Shown one piece after another: positions 14,312-26,453 of a stretch of DNA of 64,000 nucleotides. Origin of the DNA: Eledone cirrhosa (lineage: Eukaryota). A program made the translations under genes and the position numbers. Position 1 is the stretch's first letter. Every line of letters begins with the position of its first letter. The notes under the pieces were generated by a model that did not search any database, was not told the origin of the DNA, and saw only the letters and a program-made list of their open reading frames with translations. The stretch spans positions 107,942,001 to 108,006,000 of the forward strand of contig OZ024741.1 in assembly GCA_964016885.1 (NCBI GenBank). Reading direction: 5' to 3'.

Positions 14312-14933
14312 TGGTTGCCTAAACATTGGACGGCATAATTCGGGTTGTTTGTTTGTTTAAAAACAAACAAACCGAGCATTATAATAAATGTTCGGTAAAC
14401 CGATACGTGCATATATATATATATGTGTGCATGTATACATGCTACTGTACATCTGTATACATATATGTATGTACGTATACATACATACATACTTACATTT
14501 AAGTAAGTGCCGTACAAAGTAAGAAATGAAATTTCGTTTCATTCTATTCCATTTATCGTTTTCGGTGTGCCCGGCCGACTGAACTCACTCGATATGCAAA
14601 TTAGGCTGCTCAGCCATCAATATGCATAAGGAAAGTATATACTTTCAGACGTTCAACCATCTGGCAGGAAGGTATACGAATCTGACGATAGCTAATAAGC
14701 TTGAAACTAGTACATCCTGTGTCAGTCTTGAATAAAAAGGTGACGTGGTTGCCTAAACACTGTACGGCGTAATTCGGGGTGTTTTTTTTTGTTTACAAAC
14801 AAACAAACCGAGCATTATAATAAATGTTCGGTAAACCGATACGTGCATATATATATATATGTGTGCATGTATGTATATATATACATACTACTGTACGTCT
14901 GTATACCTATATGTATGTACGTATACATACATA

Positions 14934-15024
<91 letters not shown>

Positions 15025-15031
<7 letters not shown>

Positions 15032-15385
15032 TGTATATATAGTGTATTTGGTAATACACTGTGTGCTTAATTAAAAGAAATTTGAAGATCTTACGCTATT
15101 GTTTTAAAGTAGTGACTATGTCACTTACTTTTTTTTCAACAAACAAAGGGAGATAAGCTGACAGAACTCTGCTTCATACTGTTGGTATTCCAAGGGGAGT
15201 GCTAAGCTCTGAGGAATACCAAAAGTATGTAACAGAGATATGTCAGCTTATCTCGCTTTGTTTGTTGATAAAAGAAGTAAGTGACATAGTCACTCCTTTA
15301 AAACAATAGCGTAAGGTCTTCAAAATGCTTTCAATTAACCATACAGTGTAATTACCAAATACACTATATATACATTCATATATAT
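15025..15385. repeat. Fold-back (inverted) repeat with a degenerate hammerhead at its centre (15205-15248)
   Basis: Arms ~15025-15190 and 15214-15385. The consensus of the two arms is AGCT-CTGAGGA-ATACcaaaaGTAT-GAAA-CAGA..TCTGTC-AGCT. Confidence 0.75.
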
Positions 15386-15413
15386 ATCGCTATTTCAGAG
15401 CACCAATTCTAAT

Positions 15414-15455
<42 letters not shown>

Positions 15456-15889
15456 ATAATATTAATAAATGGAAAATATCTTTATAAAACCATATTTATT
15501 TTATTATACGTATTTCAAGGGTACTAATATTTTAGTACGCTTTCGTCAGATAAAATTCAATAATTGGTGTAAAGATAGTAACATATCTTCTTGTGAACTT
15601 CATGTTATAAGTTCATTGAAGATAGTGAATATAATCTTTCAAAACTCATGGGAAATATGCTAATGAGGATAACGTTAAAACTGAAAAGGACTGTTAAGTA
15701 TAGAGCGCTAGATATATTTTAAATATTTATCTAAATTATTTTTTAAAACCGGTTTGCTATTGAATAATTATTTCTGTACTAAATAAATATTTTTAATAAC
15801 GATATACAATAATGTCTTATACAACAATTCATTATATTTATAACTGCACTCATCATAATATTAAAATCTAAAATAATTGTTTTTATTTT

Positions 15890-15980
15890 TGTCACACGGC
15901 CAGCAATTACACGGTGTATTACTGTTACTTTATTTTATCGACCCTGTAAGGATGAAAGGTAAAGTTAACCTCGGCGAAGC
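15890..15980 (-). mobile_element. tRNA-derived CORE-like SINE fragment
   Basis: TTTTATCGACCCTGTAAGGATGAAAGGTAAAGTTAACCTCGGCG motif shared with many copies. Confidence 0.7.
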
Positions 15981-16384
15981 GTATATAAATACAGGGTATC
16001 TTTCACATTTTATATTGGTTTAATAAATTAATAGTTATCAATTTAATACATTACTTTATAATTCTCACCTAAATATTATAAATACTTCCATATTTTTAAA
16101 ATATATTATACTATTTAATAAATAAATATAATTATTTCATTTTTTCTATACTCATGTAAATATGTTTGGGTTTATATATCCATATTTCTATAAATAATCC
16201 TAAATTAACTTGAAATTTTTATTTCAAATTTAATAGCAAACCCTTTTAAAAAAATAATTTAGATAAATATTTAAAATATGTCTAGCGCTTTAATATTAAT
16301 GATACTCCGGAAAATCTCGTTGCGTGCTTCTAATCAGTTGTAAATTAACTTTGTTGAATAATCAACAAACCAAATAAACTCATT

Positions 16385-16551
<167 letters not shown>

Positions 16552-17154
16552 AAATGATTACATTATCTTTTAAATTTCATCCTGTCTTATGTTTACACTT
16601 TTCCTATCTTGTGGTTCTACTATATAACAATGATTGATTTTTATTGTTTCTTTGCTGAACATATTATTTTCTATTCTAATTGACTTTATTTTTGTTGTTT
16701 TAGATTTTATTATTTATTAAATTATCAATATTTTTATTAGCATTATTTCTTTAAAATTTTCGTTTTATAACTAATAATTTTGTTCGATTATTATAAAAAC
16801 AATTCTCATTGTACTTTTTATAAATGGTAGGAAACTATTTCTTCCGTTTTTGTTCTTTTGCCTTTTTAATCTCATAATATTTCCGTCTTGATGCTATGGA
16901 AGTTAATAGGTATAATAACTTATATTGTTATGTAAAACAATTAGATTAATAACACCTGGGTTTCCATTTTAAAGATTACCTGACTAACTTAGAGCAAGGT
17001 GAAATTGGTACAAAGAAATATAAATATGTATTTCTAATAACTTATAAAGGTTATTCTGGTACATTTTTGCGTAACGTCTGCGAGTGACATATGACGTTCT
17101 TCAGTATCACAATCATTTTCATAAGTAGCAGCAGTGAAGAATTATATTAATATT

Positions 17155-18075
17155 ATTGGTTTCTAATTTAGACACAAGGCCAGCAATTTGGAGAACGTGG
17201 AAATTGAATTCACTCGTCAGCATATGACTGGTATTTTATTTTATCGACCCTAGAGCTGAGAAAGGCAAAGTTGACCCTGGTGCTTTTGTATCTCTGAATG
17301 AAAAAAGTCGGAATGTTTTCTGATCCTCTAACAATTCTTTCAATCCACAGTGGTGAATTGTCAGAATTACTATAGGGTTAAACAATATGCTTTGCAGTAT
17401 AGAGTTTCAACCCTTTGCGTTCTGAGTTAAAATTCCGACAAGGTTAGCGCTGACATTCATCCTTACGGGGTCGATAAAATAAGGTACCAGTCACGCACTG
17501 GGGTTGATTTAATCGACTTTCCCCTCCCCAAAAATTGATGGTCTTGTGCCTATATAAAAAACCCTTATTATTAACAATATCCCCTCCTAATTAGTATATC
17601 ATTTTACCATCCCTGGAAGCATGAAAAGAAAAGTTGACATCGTTGATAATTTTTTCCAGCTTAGGTGCAAGGTTTCAAATCCAAACAAAGCAGTTAGTCG
17701 AGTAAAGCCAGTCCACTACTTAACTGGTACTTTATTCTACAATCCACAGAATGATGAAATACAAAGTTGACCCCATTGGGACTTGAATGGAGAAGGCAAA
17801 GAACCGGTCCAAATACCACGAAGCATATATTGTTCGATGCCCAAAAGTTTTTAACACCCACGCGCCTTCAATTTTCCAATAAGCCATAAGACAAGAAATA
17901 CGTGTCATGGCTATACTCAGTTATATCGACCCTAGCACTTGAATACTACTTATTTTACTGATCCCGGAAGAAAGAGAACCAAAGATGACACTTCTACGAG
18001 ATTTGAACAACGGAAGTAGAGTCGAAACAAATGCCTCAAGCTATTTTATCCGACGCTCTAACGATTGTAGTAGTC
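17155..18075. mobile_element. Cluster of about five diverged CORE-like SINEs
   Basis: Copies at ~17155-17345 (-), 17350-17570 (+), 17590-17645 (-), 17655-17860 (-) and 17880-18075 (-). They carry a B-box-like GAGTTAAAATTCC and CATCCTTACGGGGTCGATAAAAT. Confidence 0.75.
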
Positions 18076-18534
18076 CATGATAAGATAAAAGTTATGTGTA
18101 AACAATGTTTTATCCAGAATAACTGCTTATATTTTTTCATAGAATTTCGAAAATAAAAAATTAATTTTGGCTCATTTATATAAACTTTTTTTTACTCAAA
18201 CAAAGATCTGTATGTCAACTATATTTTACAAACAAAAATTATACAATGATGGATAAATAGAATGAAAATAAAATTAAGTAATAAAAAAAAGGGCAAAAGG
18301 GTAAAGAAATTCAGATCTGGCTGTATAGGAAAGTAAAAGAAGGACTATAAGTGCCATAAATTAGAAGAAAATAAGGAAAAGAGTAAGAACTATAGCGAAA
18401 GGGCAATGTCTATTAGGAAAGGAAGAAAGAGGAGGAAAGGGTGGGCGGACTGACTCTACACCTAGGTCGGGATATCTAAGAAGGAAGATATATTTCTTTA
18501 TCCCGTTTGTAAAATAAGTTGGATTACTTTGAAT

Positions 18535-18715
18535 AAATAATTGTTTCTACTTTAGGCACAAGGCCAGCAATTACCCCAGTGCATTACTGGTGCTTTATTT
18601 TATCGACCCCGTAAGGATGAAAGGCAAAGTTAAGTTCGGCGGGATTTGAACTCTAAACGTAAAGTGCCATAACACTATGCTGCAAAGCATGGTGTATGAA
18701 GCTCTACCGATACTG
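18535..18715 (-). mobile_element. CORE-like SINE
   Basis: GGCACAAGGCCAGCAATT...TTTATCGACCCCGTAAGGATGAAAGGC...GGGATTTGAACTC. Confidence 0.8.
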
Positions 18716-19888
18716 CATGTTTGGAAGGAAATGGGTATCCAAACACATAATACAGACATATATGACATAATAAGCATAAATGTGAGTGTAAAGATATGCT
18801 TATTCATTTACATACATACATGTAAATATGTATATATATAGATATACGCGTGTATGTGTGTGTGTATGTGTGTGTGAGAGACTGTGAGTGCGTGTGTGAT
18901 GCGTCTAACTTTATATATGGAAAATATTATAAAAAACAATGGTAGAGCGCGTTGATGAGGTGCGCCGGCATAATTATATATATATATCTTTAGGTTTGTT
19001 GGTTCACCACTGGATAGAATTCCGTATGGTCAATCTTGGTGTAATATTGTGGAGAGTACTCAAAATAAATTTAAAAAATGTATTTAATGAACTTACAGAG
19101 AGAGTCTTATATGAAAAGGTTACTCTCGATAAGATATCAGGGTGGGATAATAGAGTAAAGATTAAAGCCTTCGATTCTGAATCCCAGCCAGCACCTCCTA
19201 ACCACGTGTCAGCCAGTTTCGAGTGGTATCGTCCAGCGAAAGAAATGGAAATTAATTTTTCCGAGTACTCTAGGAACGTAGCTACCCTATGCTCCGGGTG
19301 TGCTAGCAGGAAGTCTACAATTTCGACAGGCCATCGTCAATACAAAACGAATACTATTAATTCACACATGAGGGGTTTATTTACGTGCCAGTAGCGGCAT
19401 GATACATATAAGTCTCTCTCTGTAAGTTCATTAAATACATTTTTTTTTATTTTCCATTTTTCAATTTATTATTTTTTAATTTAATTTCTTCCTATAACTC
19501 GTAACATAAGTTTAACGTTCCAATTTTCTGTTCACACATTAGACCATACAGACACCCATTTTATATGCCTTTGTTAAAATATAGATTCTTTAGAATAACA
19601 CTTTTCGCGGCGTTTTCTAGCTTGACTGTAGTGTGACATTTACTCTGACTTCTTTCTTTTTCTTCTTTCTTTTTCTTCTTTCTTTTTCTTCTTTCTTTTT
19701 CTTCTTTCTTTCTTCCCCTTTTTTATTCTTTGACGGAGAGGTGGTAGTACAGATGGTCATTAGCAGAACGAGTAGCCACCACTTTGAGGGCGACTGGCCG
19801 AGGTGAAAGCAGCTACTTGGTCAGTCGTCCTCTTTGTCTCTGATTTTTCGGACCCATGGTTTTTACATATTCCTTTGTTATATTTCGA

Positions 19889-19946
19889 ATACCTGATGAA
19901 ATCACCGGATTCATATGGAACCCGGTCATTGAAATGATCATAGTAT
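19889..19946 (+). ncRNA. Minimal type I hammerhead, canonical core
   Basis: ATAC-CTGATGA-AATcACCGG...CCGGTcATT-GAAA-TGATCATA-GTAT, with palindromic stem III ATGATCAT. Confidence 0.8.
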
Positions 19947-20039
19947 AATAAACCTTTCAAGGATTTACACCAGTCCAGCCTCCTGTTATTTTTATTGATA
20001 ATTAACTCCGTATTCGCACCACGAACTACACAAACGAAG

Positions 20040-20412
20040 TATCTTCTTTGACCTCACGCCCAGCTGTGGCCGGCACCACCAACGCATGAATGGGTCTACT
20101 CCACCCCCTCCCCTTTTTCTCCTACTGGCAGGTTTAGCTACCCCTTCCCCCACTAATTTGCCATCACAGAATTACTACTAACTTGTGACCAATCCTTGTG
20201 ACAATCACTTTGACCATATATGGAATTACCCCTTGAGAAGCTCGGCTATTTAAATACCAGGATAAATTTTCATTTAGTCCAGAACTAGCCGTCGAATCGG
20301 CTTGAGCTCAGCCGTCGGGATCTTACTGGTTCCTATTACCCACTCTACTACCCTAAGTATTGAGTACTTTGGTGCGTTATGGTCCACCTGGTTCCTTACC
20401 ACATTTCCTTCG

Positions 20413-20414
<2 letters not shown>
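20040..20414 (+). mobile_element. Family A pseudo-LTR copy; HHR (20228-20321) has GAAA>GAAT
   Basis: Homologous to 477-757, plus a tail shared with 29534-29613. Confidence 0.8.
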
Positions 20415-20465
<51 letters not shown>

Positions 20466-21446
20466 GTATAAAAATCAATACAATAAAATTACCTCATTAC
20501 CAGAGGTTTCCCGAATGAGGCGAATACGAAAGAAACGTCTTCATTCGTTCGTGAGACGAAGCAATATAAAACATGGGTAAATACTTGGAAAGTCTCATCA
20601 AGAAAAGCAAAATAAAATATAGACAAATGAATTAGAATATGAAATATCTAAAATCTTATAAGAAATATAGTTAGGTGTGTGTATATGTATGTATATACGC
20701 TCACAGATGTGCATATATGTGTATGCACATATGTATACGTATAGTGAAAAAGTGTGCGTAAATATATAATTAAGGGCAAATGTATCTGTGTATCTGTAAT
20801 CTACAGACTAAATAGATACATCATAAGAATATGAAGGCGCGCGCATAAACACACCTACACACACGTACACTTATATGCGGAAGTAAAAGAGGTAAGGGAG
20901 TGTAATAATTCAAGGAAAGTATCAATCTCGATATATTTATAAAAATGGAACAATAATTTAGAAAGAAAAAATTTAAGAAAAGAAGACAAACAAGGTACTC
21001 GCATACACACACACGTATATCTCACAAAGGAAACGCAAAAATATACATGCTTATATACACACGCACACTTACACATCCATACGTTCGATACGTACACATA
21101 CACACACACACACACGTACACATACTTACACTCACGCATATTGACCTGTTTGCATGCACACGCATAAAAATGAGGATGTAAAAAAAGGGGAGAAGAAAAA
21201 AGAAACAAAACATAAAACCTAGATGTAAAAACACGGATATAAAGACACATACACATACACATACATATATATATATATACACGCACGCGCGCGCACATAC
21301 GTAGGCGCTCATGTACATATATAGAAAGTATACACACATTAAGGCGTTCAGCCACATAGATACAGGGTGTAAAAAACTTGTGGATAAGTAAGTACAAATA
21401 TAAATTATAAAATTGTAAGATTGGCTGCGCCAAAATAAAAAATAAA

Positions 21447-21479
<33 letters not shown>

Positions 21480-21752
21480 ATCTGGGGTGGAAAACGCTAG
21501 TGACTTTTGTAATCAGTTAGTGAAGGAAATCGGGAAGTAAAAATGGAAAGTGAAGATATTAGGTAAGTGAATCGGAGAATAAAGGGGGGGGGGGGTTATT
21601 GGTGGATGTGAAGTAAAAATAAATAAATAAAAATAAAAATAAAATAAAAATATAAATAAAAATAAAAATAAAAATAAAAATAAATGAAATTAATAATAAG
21701 GATAAAAATGAAAGTAAATCAGTAGGGTAATTATAAAGAGAATAATAAGTGT

Positions 21753-23872
21753 TTATGGAGGATAAGTATCTGAAAGTGTGTTAAGTTTATATGAGCTGGA
21801 AAGCAGGTGTGATTTCATGTGTGAGCAACTGGTGAAAATTTGCGTCTTTATGTTCAGGCAGGTCTTTGGTGATTTAAGATTTTGCAAGATCCAATATTTT
21901 TCATTTATGCAGAGCTTGCATTTTCTTGTTCCTCTTGCATATTCTTTAGATTGGTTCAAAATTGACCAATCCAATTCATATTGGATGCCTTGGTCTTTCA
22001 AATCCCAAATTCTGCTAGCCAGAGCTGTTGTAAATCTTTTTTCTGGATGTCGAAAGGATGCGACATGTGAGTAATAACGCGTTTTGAATTTGTCTTGCGT
22101 CATACCCACATATCGTTCACTGGTGGCTGGATGGTTGTTGCTGATGGTTGTCACTTTAGCCGCATATACAATGGCTTTGGTGTTGCATTTACCTTGTAAT
22201 GGGCATTCACTTTTGATTCTACAGGAGCAAGTTTGATTTTCTCTAGGTGATTTTTTGTTGATGATATAGGACTTAATAGGGGGACCGCAGGAATAGCTAA
22301 TTTTGACACAGTTTCTGTTAAAGATCTTATAGTATCTATCTGTTCTAGGGAAATGTTTATCTAGGAGCTCTAGGAATTTTTTGCCTACATTAGTTTTAAC
22401 TGCTAGAGAGTAGGGGGGTGTGAACCAGATTATTTTTCTATTCCTGTTTTTATGTTTAATAGAGTTAGTATAGTTGGGTATGTATTTAATCGGTTCGCTA
22501 AAACCGCTATTTTGGAGGGCTTTATTATAGTAGGGGGATGCCTTATTAAAAATAGCTTCTGAGGAAGAGAGGGTGGAGATCCTACGGCTAATATTAGGGA
22601 TAAGGTTTTTAAAAACTATAGGAGGATGGCAAGAGCCTTTATTTATATATTTTAAGTTTTCATTAGGTTTATGGTATAGTTTATAAGCAAATCTAGGTTT
22701 ATATCTAGGAAATCTACATTGGAAAGGTTAGTGTCAATAGTAATTTTAAGATTAAAACTAGCGAAGGTTTTTATTAAGTCTTTCCTTAATCTATCTAAGT
22801 TATGGTCTATGGTGGTATGGGAAAGTATTAGACCATTGTCGTGATAAAGCCCAAAAATATGGTTAGGAAATTTTTCTTTAAGTCTATGTAGGCCGACCAA
22901 ATCACAAACATCAGCACTGTCATAAGAGCCCATTGAGACATCGAATGGGCTCTCTGGGTTAGAAATTTTTACCCAAGTGTCATTATCAGTAAAGAGTAGA
23001 GTGTTTCTAGCGTGCAAGATGACATTCTCTTAAATATCGGAGATATTAGTAAACCCTCTAGCGAAATTCAAAGCTTTCGCGAAAAGGGTCTGAGTGATAG
23101 ATGGGTAGAAATCTACAATGTCAAATTGGGTGAATCTAGAACTATTTTTGTTTTTAATATTATTAAACCAATGTACTACGGAAGAGCTATTTATCCATTG
23201 GAGTAATTTAGACTTACTTCTAATGTGTGTATTTATATTATTTAACATTTTTTTGCTGGCAAGACCAATATCAGTCTTAGCAGGGTTGATTAATCTACAA
23301 CTAGGACGATTAATAAAGTCGGTTTTGTAATCTTTAAGGGTGATGTACGCATTACGTTTAGCAAGTTTTTCTGTCCTATTATCTATTTTTAAAGAAACAG
23401 CTAATTCTTTAGCTTCCTTATTTATATTATGGTACGTATTTATATTAGCTATTTGGTATTTAGACGTGATATTATCTATTAATAGTTGGTCGTGTAAATT
23501 ATTGTAAACTTCATATAGGTTTTTAATTTTATCGGAGAAGATGAATTTATTATTAGAAGATTTGAATGTTGAAATATCATTAGATAGTTTAGATTGAAAA
23601 GGGTTAGATAACTTACGAAAATTGATATTGTTGATTAGGTTAACTAGGTCTAATTCAAAGGCGGTCATATCTTTTACTCTTTGCGGGTATTTATGAGTTT
23701 TGATGTCAAAATATTCCGTAGAATCCGTGTTAAAGTGTCCATCGAGAATCAAAGCTTTCCATCTCATTCTTTTAACAACCTTCTCTACTTTGTCTATCAG
23801 TATTTTCGTGTAGAGAGTGTTAGAAGGTGTTGGGATATTCTTTACAGAGTAATCCAAAGGGTATCTATCCAT
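21753..23872 (-). pseudogene. Full-length but disrupted PLE ORF (RT + GIY-YIG)
   Basis: YSVKNIP...KRMRWKA; FDIVDFYPSI; VSMGS; catalytic motif decayed to YHDN; CSC..CPLQGKC; IVY..YVGMT; CKLC. Contains frameshifts. Confidence 0.9.
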
Positions 23873-24096
23873 GTTCAGTATTGGTTTAAAATCCTACGAC
23901 TGAAGAGTGCTCGACTTTAAAAGGGCGGGAAGGTGCCAATCTCATAAATATGTAGAATATGCTGCGATCATTCCCTTGGGAGCTGTATAAGTATTGAAAT
24001 TTCCGTTGAAAACAGAAAAGGTCATAGAAGTGAAGAGTGCTCTATGTAAGTACCAGAGCAAAATTTTATGTATAAAAATCAATACAATATAATTAT

Positions 24097-24164
24097 CTCA
24101 TTACCAGAGGTTTCCCGAATGAGGCGAACACGAAAGAAACGTCTTCATTCGTTCGTCAGACGAG
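24097..24164 (-). ncRNA. Type I hammerhead in the PLE pseudo-LTR upstream of the ORF
   Basis: CTCGT-CTGACGA-aCGAATGA...TCATTCGg-GAAA-CCtctGGTA-ATGAG. Sister copies at 20493-20560 and 29201-29269 have mutated cores. Confidence 0.8.
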
Positions 24165-25453
24165 GCAATATAAAACATGGGTAAATACTTGGAAAGTCTC
24201 ATCAAGAAAAGCAAAACAAATATAGTCAAATGAATTAGAATATGAAATATCTAAAATCTTACAAGAAATATAGTTAGGTGTGTGTATATGTATGTATATA
24301 CGCTCACAGATGTGCATATATGTGTATGCACATATGTTTACGTATAGTGAAAAAGTGTGTGTAAATATATAATTTAGGGCAAATGTATCTGTGTATCTGT
24401 AATCTACAGACTGAATAGATACATCATAAGAATATGAAGGCGCGCGCATAAACACACCTACACACACGTACACTTATATGCGGAAGTAAAAGAGGTAAGG
24501 GAGTGTAATAATTCAAGGAAAGTATCAATCTCGATATATTTATAAAAATAGAACAATAATTTAGAAAGAAAAAAATTAAGAAAAGAAGACAAACAAGGTA
24601 CACGCATACACACACACGTATATCTCACAAAAGAAACGCAAAAATATACATGCTTATATACACACGCACACTTACACATCCATACGTTCGATACGTACAC
24701 ATACACACACACACACACACTTACACTCACGCATATTGACCTGTTTGCATGCACACGCATAAAAATGAGGATGTAAAAAAAGGGGAGAAGAAAAAAGAAA
24801 CAAAACATAAAACCTAGATGTAAAAACACGGATATAAAGACACATACACATACACATACACATATATATATATATACACAAGCGCGCGCACATACGTAGG
24901 CGCTCATGTACATATATAGAAAGTATACACACATTAAGGCGTTCAGCCACATAGATACAGGGTGTAAAAAACTTGTGGATAAGTAAGTACAAATATAAAA
25001 TTATAAAATTGTAAGATTGGCTGCGCAAAAATAAAAAATAAAAATAAAAATAAAAATAAAAATAAAAATAAAAATAAAAATAAAAATAAAAATAAAAATA
25101 AAAATAAAAATAAAAATAAAAATAAAAAATATCTGGTGTGGAAAACGCAAGTGACCTTTGTAATCAGTTAGTGAAGGAAATCGGGAAGTAAAAATGGAAA
25201 GTGAAGATATTAGGTAAGTGAATCGGAGAATAAAGGGGGGGGGGGCTTATTGCTGGATGTGAAGTAAAAATAAAAAAATAAAAATAAAAATAAAAATAAA
25301 AATAAAAATAAAAATAAAAATAAAAATAAAAATAAAAATAAAAATAAAAATAAAAATAAAAATAAAAATAAAAATAAAAATAAATGAAATTAATAATAAG
25401 GATAAAAATGAAAGTAAATCAGAAAGGGTAATTATAAAGAGAATAATAAGATT

Positions 25454-26453
25454 TTATGGAGGATAAGTATCTGAAAGTGTGTTAAGTTTATATGAGCTGG
25501 AAAGCAGATGTGTTTTCATGTGTGGGCAGCTGGTGAAAATTTGCGTCTATATGTTCAGGCAGGTCTTTGGTGATTTAAGATTTTGCAAGATCCAATATTT
25601 TTCATTTATGCAGAGCTTACATTTTCCTGTTCCTCTTGCATATTCTTTAGATTGGTTCAAAATTGACCAATCCAATTTATATTGGATGCCTTGGTCTTTC
25701 AAATCCCAAATTCTGCTAGCCAGAGCTGTTGTAAATCTTTTTTCTGGATGTCGAAAGGATGCGACATGTGAGTAATAACGCGTTTTGAATTTGTCTTGCG
25801 TCATACCCACATATCGTTCACTGGTGGCTGGATGGTTGTTGCTGATGGTTGTCACTTTAGCCGCATATACAATGGCTTTGGTGTTGCATTTATCTTGTAA
25901 TGGGCATTCACTTTTGATTCTACAGGAGCAAGTTTGATTTTCTCTAGGTGATTTTTTGTTGATGATATAGGACTTAATAGGGGGACCGCAGGAATAGCTA
26001 ATTTTGACACAGTTTCTGTTAAAGATCTTATAGTATCTATCTGTTCTAGGGAAATGTTTATCTAGGAGCTCTAGGAATTTTTTGCCTACATTAGTTTTAA
26101 CTGCTAGAGAGTATGAGGGTGTGAACCAGATTATTTTTCTTTTCCTGTTTTTATGTTTAATAGAGTTAGTATAGTTGGGTATTTATTTAATCGGTTCGCT
26201 AAAACCGCTATTTTGGAGGGCTTTATTATAGTAGGGGATGCCTTATTAAAAATAGCTTCTGAGGAAGAGAGGGTGGAGATCCTACGGCTAATATTAGGGA
26301 TAAGGTTTTTAAAAACTATAGGAGGATGGCAAGAGCCTTTATTTATATATTTTAAGTTTTCATTAGGTTTATGGTATGGTTTATAAGAAGCAGTAGGCAA
26401 ATCTAGGTTTATATCTAGGAAATCTACATTGGAAAGATTAGTGTCAATAGTAA
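25454..26453 (-). pseudogene. 5'-truncated PLE ORF (RT thumb + GIY-YIG)
   Basis: Near-identical to 21753-22745. Confidence 0.9.

Larger units (their letters stand above)
13079..14935. mobile_element. Family R tandem array (retrozyme-like, ~440 bp monomer) with internal inversion
   Basis: Units start at 13081, 13528 and 13964; orientation flips at ~14268. One HHR per unit and no ORF. Confidence 0.85.

Noticed and set aside
13079-14935. Possible CRISPR-like repeat-spacer array
   Set aside because: Whole units are repeated with no unique spacers, in a eukaryotic context with no cas genes.
19195-19345. Two minus-strand TGACGA/GGACGA...GAAA motifs
   Set aside because: Stems are poor and cannot be distinguished from chance or heavy decay.
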